Assembly (NCBI GenBank): GCA_965205265.1
Contig: CBDBGH010000003.1
Location: forward strand, 608,001-672,000
DNA from: Alphaproteobacteria bacterium
GTDB taxonomy: Bacteria > Pseudomonadota > Alphaproteobacteria > Bin95
DNA length: 64,000 bases
Reading direction: 5' to 3'
The notes beneath the pieces were generated by a model that was not told the origin of the DNA, did no database searches, and was given only the letters and a program-made list of their open reading frames with translations. Positions 1 to 9,125 of the stretch are shown in pieces. The translations under genes were made by a program, and so were the position numbers. Position 1 is the first letter of the stretch. Each line of letters opens with the position of its first letter.

Positions 1-190
1 GGAGTTCGGTGCGTTCTCCGGTCCTGTGATGATGACCGTGAACGACCGACCTCGCGCTGCCTAGAGGACCGTTGCCGTGAATTGCCCGGCCGTCAGGCAG
101 TCCAGGCTTGTTGAGAGATTGCTCGTTTCGTTAACGTCGCCCTCGGCCGGTCCCGATTTGGCCCTTGGATTACCGGCAAGAGAGCTGCCC

Positions 191-1396
191 ATGGCAATCA
201 TCGCGGCGCGGTTTCCCCTGCTGCACTTTGTTTTTTCGCTCGCCGGTTTGGCGGTGTTGGCGTTTTTGGCGCTGTGGCCTGCCGGGGCGGAGGCCCAGCG
301 GCCTTCGCCGGTGCGGGTGGACAAGGTGGTCCTGCAACCGCTGGCGGAGACGGCGCCGGTGTTCGGCAGGCTTGTGTCGCGGATGCGGGGCGCTGTCGCG
401 GCGCAAACCGAAGGTGCGGTGACCGAGATGCGCGTGCAGGTGGGCGACCGGGTGGCGGCGGGCGATGTTCTGGCGGTGCTCGACATCGAGAAACTTGCCT
501 CCGAGCGCGCCGCCCGCGCTGCCACGGCGGACGCCGTTGCCGCGCGGGCCGTTGCCGCCGGGGCCCGTCTGGAGCGGGTGGAGCAGGAGATTGCGCGCTA
601 TGAGAAGCTTCGCCGCTCGGCGGCCTTCAGCAAGGCGCGCCTGCAGGACAAGGAGCAGGAGCGGGCCTGGCTGCGCTCGGAGCAGGATGCGGCGCGCGCG
701 CAGCTTGTGCAGGCGAGGGCCGGTCTGGGGCTTGCGGAGATGAACCTGGCGCGGGGCACGGTCCGCGCACCCTATGACGGCGTGGTGACGGCGCTTCACA
801 CGGAGATCGGCTCCTATCTGAAGGAAGGCGGCGCGGTGCTGGTGCTGGTCAATGACCGCAAGCTGGAGATCGAGGCGGACGTGCCGGCGGCGCGCATAGG
901 GGGGCTCGCGCCGGGCGTTGAGGTTGCGGTGCTGCTGCCCGACGGCACGAAGCACCGCGCGCGGGTGCGGGCCGTGGTGCCGGACGAGAACGCGATGACG
1001 CGCACGCGGCTCGTGCGCTTCACGCCGGAGTTCGGGCGGACGCAGACGCCGCTGGCGGCCAATGCGGCTGCGACGGTGGTGCTGCCGGTCGGCGCCGGCG
1101 CCCCGGCGCTTACGGTTCACAAGGACGCGATCGTGCGCCAGGGGCAGCAGGCGTTTGTGTTCGTTGCGAAGGGCGGCAAGGCGGACCGGCGCCGGGTGCG
1201 CCTCGGCCGCGCCTCGGGAACCCGTTTCGAGGTTCTGGACGGGCTGGCGGAGGGCGACCTCGCCATCGTGCGCGGCAATGAGCGGCTGCGCCCCGGCCAG
1301 CCGGTGCTCGTGCCCGGCGCGAAGACCGCCGAGCCCGGCAAGTCCGGCAAGTCCGGCACACCCGGCGAGGGTCCGCAGAAGGCGAAAGCGGGATGA
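191..1396 (+). CDS. RND efflux periplasmic adaptor (membrane fusion protein)
   Basis: N-terminal hydrophobic/signal segment, lipoyl-like 'VQVGDRVAAGDVLAVLD', coiled coil, 'VRAPYDGVV', 'GLAEGDLAIVRG'; 4-nt overlap with the downstream RND permease; ATG at 191 chosen as start. Confidence 0.9.
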   Translation: MAIIAARFPLLHFVFSLAGLAVLAFLALWPAGAEAQRPSPVRVDKVVLQPLAETAPVFGRLVSRMRGAVAAQTEGAVTEMRVQVGDRVAAGDVLAVLDIEKLASERAARAATADAVAARAVAAGARLERVEQEIARYEKLRRSAAFSKARLQDKEQERAWLRSEQDAARAQLVQARAGLGLAEMNLARGTVRAPYDGVVTALHTEIGSYLKEGGAVLVLVNDRKLEIEADVPAARIGGLAPGVEVAVLLPDGTKHRARVRAVVPDENAMTRTRLVRFTPEFGRTQTPLAANAAATVVLPVGAGAPALTVHKDAIVRQGQQAFVFVAKGGKADRRRVRLGRASGTRFEVLDGLAEGDLAIVRGNERLRPGQPVLVPGAKTAEPGKSGKSGTPGEGPQKAKAG

Positions 1397-4300
1397 ACCT
1401 CGTCCGCTTCGCCATAGACCGCCCCATCGCGGTGATCGCGGCGGTGCTGATGGTTGTGCTGTTCGGGCTGGTGGCGCTGGAGACGATCCCGATCCAGCTG
1501 ACGCCGGATGTGCGCAAGCCGGTGATTACCGTCCAGACGCTGTGGTCCGGCGCCGCCCCGGCGGACGTCGAGCGCGAGATCGTCAACCGCCAGGAGGAGA
1601 AGCTGAAAGGCGTCGAGGGCCTGGAGGAGGTGGAGAGCCGGTCGGAAACCGGGCGCGGCACGATTACGCTTACTTTCGCCATCGGAGCCAATATGGAACG
1701 CGCGCTGCTTCGGGTCGCCAACCGGCTCGGCCGCGTGACCGGCTACCCCGCCGAGGCCGAACGCCCGACAATACATACGGCGAGCGCGGAAGATAACGCC
1801 ATCGCCTGGTTTGTGCTTCAAACCGCAAAAGGCAATTCGCGGCCGATCCACACCTATGGCGATTTCGTCGAGGAAGTGATTCTGGACCGGATTGAACGGG
1901 TGCAGGGCGTCTCACGCGCCGACGCCTTCGGATATGTCCGGCGCGAACTGCATGTCACCATTCGGCCTGAGCGCATGGCGCAATACGGTTTAACCGTAAC
2001 GGAGTTGGTCCAGAAGCTGCGGGCTGCCAACGCCTCTGCTTCCGCGGGCGATGTACAAGAAGGCAAGCGCCGTTACCTCGTGCGCGCCGAGGGTGAACTG
2101 AATACACCGGAAGCCGTGCGTGCCGTCGCGCTGCGTGCGCAGGCCGATATTGAGGCCGGGCGCATAACACGCGTGACGGTCGGCGACATCGCCGAGGTCT
2201 CCTACGGCTATTCCGAGCCGCGGGCATACATCCGTCGCCTGGGCGGAGGCGCCGTCATGTTGAGCATCAAGCGGGAGGCAGGCGCAAACGTCATCGAGAC
2301 CATGGAACGCCTGCGCGCGGCCGTCGCCGAACTGAACGAAACTGTGCTGCCTGGCGAGGGCCTCGTCATCGATCCGGTTTATGACGAGACCGAATACATT
2401 TTGTCCGCCGTCGGTCTCGTGCAGCAGAACATCGTCGTCGGCGGCGCGCTGGCCGCAATCATGCTGCTGCTGTTCCTGCGCTCCTGGCGGCCGACCCTGA
2501 TCGTCTCGCTGGCGATCCCGGTCTCGGTGGTGGGCTCCTTCGTCGCCATGGCCATGCTCGGCCGCTCGCTGAACGTCGTGTCGCTCGCCGGCATCGCCTT
2601 TGCGGTCGGCATGGTGGTGGACGCCGCCATCGTGGTGCTGGAGAACATCTACCGCCTGCGGGAGCGCGGCATGCCGCCGCGCGAGGCGGCGCTGCGCGGC
2701 GCCAGCCAGGTCTGGGGGGCGATCCTGGTCTCGGCGCTGACGACGGTGCTGGTCTTCGTGCCGATCCTCGCCATGGACCTCGAGGTCGGGCAGCTGTTCC
2801 GCGACATCGCGGTCGCGATCTCGGTGTCGGTCATGCTCTCGCTCATCGTTGCCGTCACGGTCATCCCACCGCTGTCGCACCGCCTGTTGGCCATGCCTTT
2901 TCGATCGGATGGGCGCATGGCACTGCCCGTAATCGACAGCTTGGCGAGGGGCTTCGAACATGCAGTCGTGACCTATACCAAGGCCGTGGTGCAGAACCGC
3001 GCGGCCGCCCTCCTTTCCGTCGCCGTCATCATATCGGGCACCATGGTGGTAGTTTGGTGGCTGACGCCGAAGCTCGATTACCTGCCTGATGGCAGCCGCA
3101 ATTTTGTAGTTGGCCGCATACTGACGCCGCCTGGCTACAACCTCAAAACTAACAGCAAAATCGCCAACGAGATCGAAGACGCGACGCGGGCGCTCTGGGC
3201 GAGCGAGACCGGCCCCGAGCCCGAGCCCGGCGGGCCACCCAAGATCGCCAATATCTTCTTCGCAGCATTGCCGTCTTACACATTCGTGGGAGCGACGGCA
3301 GTCGATTCCGCAAGGGCCGAGGAACTGGCGCCCATACTCCGGCGAGCGACGTTCCGGGAGCCCGGCACCTTCGGCTTCTTTACAGTCTCACCCATCTTCG
3401 GGCGCGGCCTCGGCGGCAAGGGGTCGATCGACCTGGATATCTTCGGGCCAGACCTGGAAGCCGTCATGGCGGCAGCGAGCCGGGCCGCCGGCAAGACCGC
3501 GAAGGTGCTGCCGCGCGGCGAGGGCAATCAGCTCCGCCCGATCCCCGGCCTCGAACTCGGCGCACCGGAAGTCCGGATGTTGCCCGACCGGCTCCGGCTC
3601 GCGGACAACGGCGTCTCGGCGCGGGAATTCGTCGACACCATCGACGCCTTCAATGACGGGCTCCGGGTCGCGCGGGTGACCATAGACGGGCGGCGCACCA
3701 ACCTCGTCCTCAAGGGGCCGACCGACAATGTCGCCTCCACGCAGGGCATCGACTTCCTGCCCGTGGTGACGCGGAACGGTCACATTGTGCCAGCCTCCTC
3801 GCTCGCCAACATAGAAGTGACCAGCGGGCCGACCGAAATCCGGCACAAGGAGCGGGTGCGCACGGTCACGCTGCAGATCCGGCCGCGCGCGCAGATGCCG
3901 CTGGAGGAGGCGATGGACCTCGTGCGCGCCGAGGTCATCGCCCCGCTCGAAGCCGACGGCCTGCCGCCCGGGGTGAAGCTCCGGCTCTCCGGCGCGGCCG
4001 ACCAGCTCACGATCACCTGGAACCACATCGTGCTCGACCTGCTGATCGCGGTGGCCATCGTGTTCCTGGTCATGGCGGTGCTGTTCGGGAACTTCGTCTA
4101 TCCGCTGGTCATCATGATCTCGGTGCCGCTGGCGACGGCCGGCGGCGTGCTCGGCCTGGCCGTGCTGAACCTGTTCGCCTTCCAGCCGCTCGACATGCTG
4201 ACATTGCTCGGCTTCATCATCCTGGTCGGCATCGTCGTCAACAACGCCATCCTGCTGGTCCACCAGGCGCTGTTCCATATCCGGGAGGGCAACATGGCGC

Positions 4301-4575
4301 CGTCCGACGCGATCCGGGAGGCGACGAAAGACCGGCTGCGCCCGATCTACATGTCCACCTTGACGAGCATATTCGGCATGGCCCCGCTGGTGCTGTTCCC
4401 GGGCGCGGGCTCGGAGCTCTACCGGGGGCTGGGCTCGGTGGTGCTGGGCGGGCTGTCGCTCTCGGCGGTGCTGACCTTGACCATCATCCCGCCGCTGCTC
4501 GGCCTGATCCTCGCCCCGCTGGAGGAGCGCCGCCGCACACGCCTCGAAGCGCCCGCGCCCGCAGCGGCAGAGTGA
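1393..4575 (+). CDS. RND efflux permease, AcrB/AcrD/AcrF family
   Basis: 1060 aa; 'GMVVDAAIVVLENI', 'GIVVNNAILLV' and 'RLRPIYMSTLTSIFGMAPL' RND motifs. Confidence 0.95.
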   Translation: MNLVRFAIDRPIAVIAAVLMVVLFGLVALETIPIQLTPDVRKPVITVQTLWSGAAPADVEREIVNRQEEKLKGVEGLEEVESRSETGRGTITLTFAIGANMERALLRVANRLGRVTGYPAEAERPTIHTASAEDNAIAWFVLQTAKGNSRPIHTYGDFVEEVILDRIERVQGVSRADAFGYVRRELHVTIRPERMAQYGLTVTELVQKLRAANASASAGDVQEGKRRYLVRAEGELNTPEAVRAVALRAQADIEAGRITRVTVGDIAEVSYGYSEPRAYIRRLGGGAVMLSIKREAGANVIETMERLRAAVAELNETVLPGEGLVIDPVYDETEYILSAVGLVQQNIVVGGALAAIMLLLFLRSWRPTLIVSLAIPVSVVGSFVAMAMLGRSLNVVSLAGIAFAVGMVVDAAIVVLENIYRLRERGMPPREAALRGASQVWGAILVSALTTVLVFVPILAMDLEVGQLFRDIAVAISVSVMLSLIVAVTVIPPLSHRLLAMPFRSDGRMALPVIDSLARGFEHAVVTYTKAVVQNRAAALLSVAVIISGTMVVVWWLTPKLDYLPDGSRNFVVGRILTPPGYNLKTNSKIANEIEDATRALWASETGPEPEPGGPPKIANIFFAALPSYTFVGATAVDSARAEELAPILRRATFREPGTFGFFTVSPIFGRGLGGKGSIDLDIFGPDLEAVMAAASRAAGKTAKVLPRGEGNQLRPIPGLELGAPEVRMLPDRLRLADNGVSAREFVDTIDAFNDGLRVARVTIDGRRTNLVLKGPTDNVASTQGIDFLPVVTRNGHIVPASSLANIEVTSGPTEIRHKERVRTVTLQIRPRAQMPLEEAMDLVRAEVIAPLEADGLPPGVKLRLSGAADQLTITWNHIVLDLLIAVAIVFLVMAVLFGNFVYPLVIMISVPLATAGGVLGLAVLNLFAFQPLDMLTLLGFIILVGIVVNNAILLVHQALFHIREGNMAPSDAIREATKDRLRPIYMSTLTSIFGMAPLVLFPGAGSELYRGLGSVVLGGLSLSAVLTLTIIPPLLGLILAPLEERRRTRLEAPAPAAAE

Positions 4576-4625
4576 CCGATAGACTCCGGTCGAAATCATC
4601 CGCAATTCGTCCGCAATGCACTGCC

Positions 4626-5375
4626 CTATCGTCTCCGGCTTCGGTCGTTGCTGTGCTCAGGCGTTAACAGCCGTCCCGCGACCGTTTGGGCTTCATCGAG
4701 CTTATCCACGATTCGGTCTTCCGGAACGTATCTCAACACGTCGAACGCGTTCAGAATGCCTTTTACGTCTTCGGACATGCCCATAACGACGATTTCCGTC
4801 TTCTCCTTGACCGCGCGGTCCATCAGTTGGGCAATCAAATGGGCAGCACTGTCGTCGATATGTGTCACGCCCGAGAAGTCAAAGATCACAACTTCATGGC
4901 CCCGGATATCTCCTCCCACCATCCGTACCAGCTTGCGAGATGAAGCCACCGTCAAAACGCCCCGAAAGGCCAGGAGTCCGACGCGGGCATCGAACGGCGC
5001 GGCGTCGGTTTCCCTGGTGCCGGGGGTGAGGAAAATCCGGTCCAGCAAGGGCACCGAGACCACGCTGTCGAGCTCCATTCTTTCCAGCCTTGCGGCATTT
5101 GCGATACACGCCGCCACGAGCCCGAATACGATTGCCGAAAGAGGATCCACGAACACGGTCAGCGCGAGTGTCAGCAGCATCACGACCGCATATTCTCGCT
5201 GCATTTGCCTGACGCGTGCGAGGAATCGCCAGTCGATCAAACCCCAGCCGAATCTGATCAATATGGCGGAAAGCGCCGCAAGCGGAATCGGCTCAGCGTA
5301 ACTTCCGAGACCCATCAGCAGCGCGAGAATGCCCGCGGCGCGCACAATGCCGGCGACGACTGTGCGGCCGCCAAG
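4626..5375 (-). pseudogene. SulP family anion permease, 3' fragment (with STAS domain), IS-interrupted
   Basis: 'GGRTVVAGIV...IPLAALSAIL' and STAS 'VIFDFSGVTHIDDSAA'; joins the 5' fragment in frame once the IS and one TSD copy are removed. Confidence 0.9.
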
Positions 5376-5399
5376 GGGTGCACGTCGTATTTGTGAGAT

Positions 5400-6782
5400 T
5401 CATGGTATTGCGCCGGCTCGTCGTTCCCAGAAGTCGTCGAAGCGATTGCTCTCGACGGCGCAGCGCAGGGCGATGATGGCGTTGGCGCCGTTGACGGTCC
5501 AGCGCATACCTCCCTGCTTGAGGCGGGCGCCGACGATGTTCTTGCAGCCGCCCTCGACCACGCCGCTGGCCACGCACAAGCCCATCGCGCGGAACTTCGG
5601 GTAGTTCATGCGCTCGCGGTTGTTGGAGAAGTACTCGGCGTTCTTCCGGGCGTTCTCGCAAGTTTCGGCATGGCCCTTGAGGGCGGCGATCACCTCGTCG
5701 ACGCGGCCCTCGTCGAGTTCCTCGCGCCGCTTCCCGGCCCATCGCTCACCGATCTCGCTGCCGATCCCGTAGATCGCCTTGGCTGCGTCGAACAGGTGGC
5801 CCTTGGCATGGAAGATGTCGACGATCTGGATGGCGTCGGGGAAGTGCTCATCGGCGAAGTTCCAGATCCACGGCGCGCCGTCGCCGAGGATGACCCGGCG
5901 CTCGGCCGTGTCGAAGCCGCGGCGTTCGGCCTCGCGGATGACACGCCGGGCGAAGGGCGCGGGCTCGGGGTCGAACTCGCGGGTGGCGATGGATTCGATG
6001 GCGGCGTTGTAGGTGGCGGAGCCGGGATCGCGCACCGGACGCCCCTCCCTGTCGACGGTCTCCGCCGACCACACGACGGCGAGCTTGGCCTCGCGGGTGC
6101 TGGCGGAGCCGTCGGGCTGCTTGCCCGCGCGGCCCTCGACCTCGGTCTTGCGCGCCGGCACGCCGGTGCCGTCGAGGCCGAGATAGAGGGTGGGGGCGTC
6201 GGACGGCTCGGGTTCGATCACGCGGCATTCGTCGCCTGCGATCTCTCGCCCGAGCGCCTCGGCATGGCGTTCGACCGTCTTCGGCGCGACAGCCAGGCCT
6301 GCCAGTTCGCGCAACAGGGCGCTGGAGCCCTCGAAGCTGGTACGGGCAGCAGCAACGCCGATCATGCGCAGCGCCGCCGGTGAGAGGAAAGTATCTTGCA
6401 TGCCGAGGGTTCGATCACGCGGGCTGAAGCCGCGGTGGCAACGGTCGCAGTGATACCAGGCGCGCTCCAGCGTCAGAGGGCCGAGAGCGGTGGTGAAGGT
6501 CTTGGGCCGGCGGCCGGCGAAGCGCGCCTCGCCGCCGCACGCACACGACAGCCACGGTCCCCGGTTGTCGGAACGGTCGGCATTGAGCCTGTGGGCGACG
6601 GCCTGCCCCATGATCTGCAACGCAACCCGCCGCGCTTCGATCTCGATCGCCTGGAAGTCATCGACGACGCCCGCGCCGATCAGCCACTCGACCTCGGCCT
6701 CGACCTCCTCCGCGATCGCTGCGTCGAGACCCCCCTTTTTCCCGGCGCGGCCGGCTTGTCCGCGTCCAGCCTGGCATCGCAT
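5400..6782 (-). CDS. ISKra4-family DDE transposase (true start uncertain, probably a frameshift fusion)
   Basis: 'LYLGLDGTGVP', 'VILGDGAPWIW', 'QIVDIFHA', 'SGVVEGGCKNIVGARLKQGGMRW' motifs. Confidence 0.9.
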   Translation of the reverse strand: MRCQAGRGQAGRAGKKGGLDAAIAEEVEAEVEWLIGAGVVDDFQAIEIEARRVALQIMGQAVAHRLNADRSDNRGPWLSCACGGEARFAGRRPKTFTTALGPLTLERAWYHCDRCHRGFSPRDRTLGMQDTFLSPAALRMIGVAAARTSFEGSSALLRELAGLAVAPKTVERHAEALGREIAGDECRVIEPEPSDAPTLYLGLDGTGVPARKTEVEGRAGKQPDGSASTREAKLAVVWSAETVDREGRPVRDPGSATYNAAIESIATREFDPEPAPFARRVIREAERRGFDTAERRVILGDGAPWIWNFADEHFPDAIQIVDIFHAKGHLFDAAKAIYGIGSEIGERWAGKRREELDEGRVDEVIAALKGHAETCENARKNAEYFSNNRERMNYPKFRAMGLCVASGVVEGGCKNIVGARLKQGGMRWTVNGANAIIALRCAVESNRFDDFWERRAGAIP

Positions 6783-7099
6783 ATCCGGCCGCTGACCTCG
6801 ACAAGCGCGCGCACCAGACCGCGAAGCCGCTGGTATTCCGCGATCTGCGCCCGCGTTCCCTCAATGGCGTCGGCGGGAACGGTGCGGCCGCGGGACTTCC
6901 CCGTCTCCCTGTCCGGCCAGGTCAACAACCAGTAGGGGCCATGCCCCTGCGCCCCCTCGACCGCGCAATGGCAGTTCGGTTTGCCGCACTTGCGGTACTG
7001 TGCCCTGAGCGAACCCTGACGGAGGTCGCCGATGCCCGCAATCTCCCGCAGCAGCTCGCCACGCTGTTCGACGAGGCCGTCGTGATCGGTCCTGGCCAT
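6680..7099 (-). CDS. IS accessory ORF, DUF6788-like
   Basis: 'GSLRAQYRKCGKPNCHCA...GHGPYW' motif; GGAGG RBS; overlaps the transposase 5' end. Confidence 0.8.
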   Translation of the reverse strand: MARTDHDGLVEQRGELLREIAGIGDLRQGSLRAQYRKCGKPNCHCAVEGAQGHGPYWLLTWPDRETGKSRGRTVPADAIEGTRAQIAEYQRLRGLVRALVEVSGRICDARLDADKPAAPGKRGVSTQRSRRRSRPRSSG

Positions 7100-7190
7100 G
7101 TCCGCCTCCATCTGCCCCCCGAATATAAGAAACAGATATCGTGGCGGAACCATGGCATTTCTCAACCTCGCAAAATCAGGACGTGCACCC

Positions 7191-8171
7191 GCCGCCAAGC
7201 TGCAGGTTGATAAGGGTGCCTGGGTTGGCGGCGCCGGGCATCGCTCCGAATATGCCCGCCGCTATGTTGCCGATCCCCTGCCCGACCAGCTCCCGGTTGG
7301 GGTTATGCTGGGCTCCCGTGATGGAGTCCGCCGTCAGCGAAATGATCAGGCTGTAGATGGAGCCGACCAAGGCGATCAAAAGGGCAGGCTCAACCGCAGC
7401 CATCAAAGAATCGAGCGACGGCAAGCTGAGGCTAGGGACAGGCAACCCGGTAGGCAAAGCCCCGATGACTTGGACCCCATCCAACCAGAAGGCCCCGAGT
7501 GGGGTCGCGACAGCCAGCGCTACCAGGGGCGCCGGCACCCATCTGTCCAGAATTCGCGGCCAGAACAGCATGAAGGCCATAGTCACGGCGAAAACGACTA
7601 CAGTGTCTGCATCCGCCTCAAGAACTGCCGCAGGCAACGCCGTTATCGCGCCGCCTGCGCCGCCTATATTTGGAGAGGGTATATCGGTTCCGAGAACAGT
7701 CTGGACTTGGGACAGGATCAGGATAATGCCGACGCCGGAAATGAATCCGGATAGCACGATATGGGGTATGTAGGAGACGAAACGCCCCACCCTGAACAGT
7801 CCGAACAGGATCTGGAAGCCGCCGGCCAGCGCTGCAATGATAGCAATTTCGGCTAAACTTGTGCCATCCGTCGCGATAATGACCGAGATCATAACCGCGA
7901 TCGCGACGTTCGGGCCGCTCGACTGGGCTTTGGTTCCGCCGAAGAGAGCCGCGAAGAATCCGACAATGGCGATACAATAAAGGCCGGCCAACGCTCCCAT
8001 GCCGGACGCGATTCCCAAAGCCATGCCACCCGGTGCCCCGGCTAGCAGCATGATAATGCCGCTGCGGGCGTCCGCTAGAAACGTCTTCCAACTGTAGGCT
8101 TCCGTCGCCACCGGCCTCCAGCCATGCACTATTCGACTCGTTTGCGCGCCGCTTGGGAGTGGCAGGGGCAC
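7191..8171 (-). pseudogene. SulP family anion permease, 5' fragment
   Basis: 'GLYCIAIVGFFAALFGGT..SGP', 'VLSGFISGVGI', 'NRELVGQGIGNI' SulP motifs; truncated at the IS end. Confidence 0.9.
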
Positions 8172-8390
8172 GCCGGATGAAGTAGTTCGCGATTATGGCG
8201 AAAACTAAGGCCTGCTGAGAATCATCGAATATTTATGACGGTTGAGCAGGCGTAGAGCAAGGCTTGCAAGTGTCGTCGGAAGCTGCACGCAGGCCGACAG
8301 CCAGAGACTTCAGTTTGAAAAATGCCGCATTCGGTTTGATGACTGATCCTGTAAATCCCGGGCTGCAAGCTGGAGAATGAGACACATTAT

Positions 8391-8963
8391 TCAATCTTTA
8401 CAATGCGCTATATGTACGATGCGAAAATCGCTTCGGCCTTGTTCCGGAAAGACTTCCGTGGCCGTAACGCCATGCGCAGTCATTGGCATCCTGCGCCGTC
8501 TCGTCCCCGCGGACGCGGTTCTCGATCTTCGCGGCATTTGCCTCGACTGCGCCCGGTCCTCAGGGGCGGTTTCGTCGAGCCTGTCGCGGTCGTGCAGCAG
8601 CAGGCGGATGGCATCGGCCTGCGGCCGCCGCGACGGCCGTTCCTCCACGAGCCGGTTCAGGGTTCGGTGAAGCCGGGCGGTCTCCTCCGCCGACAGGAAC
8701 CGGGTCATCTTCCCGCCCGGGTTCGGCCTGACGCCAGCGACCGGATCGGTACCGACATGGCCGGCGGCTCTGGCGGCGCTCATGATCTGGCGCCGCACGG
8801 CGAGCGCCGTGTTGGCTGCGCCCGGTGTCTTGCGGCTCATGGCGTCGAACCGGCGCTCGACATGGGGCCTGACTATCTCCGACTTGCGGCAGCCGGTCGG
8901 CGGAAGCAGGCGCAGGGCCGCAACCCGGAAGGGCTGCCGGGCCTCATGCCGGTCCAGCATCAT
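8391..8963 (-). pseudogene. Degenerate tyrosine recombinase/phage integrase remnant
   Basis: 'PGAANTAL', 'RFLSAEETARL', 'ADAIRLLL' and 'TGCRKSEI' fragments in scrambled order; no HxxR or catalytic Tyr region. Confidence 0.7.
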
Positions 8964-9125
8964 GCCGAGGCGGCGATATTCCTCCGGGGACAGGAATCGC
9001 TCTTAGCGCTTCTGCCGGTAGCGCCTGCTCCCCTTGCAGGGATTGCCGCCGCCGACGCGCTATGGGCAGGGCGCGCCCCGGCCTGTATATCGGGCTGAAG
9101 GATCGGCGGGAAGGATGCGGGGGAC

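Larger units (their letters stand above)
5376..7190 (-). mobile_element. ISKra4-family insertion sequence (~1815 bp)
   Basis: Terminal inverted repeats GGGTGCACGTC (5376 and 7190); 9-bp direct repeat GCCGCCAAG at 5367-5375 and 7191-7199; contains a transposase and a small Cys-rich ORF. Confidence 0.93.

Noticed and set aside
1335-1358. Tandem CCGGCAAGT repeat
   Set aside because: It encodes a low-complexity GKSGKSG tail of the adaptor protein, with no sign of phase variation.
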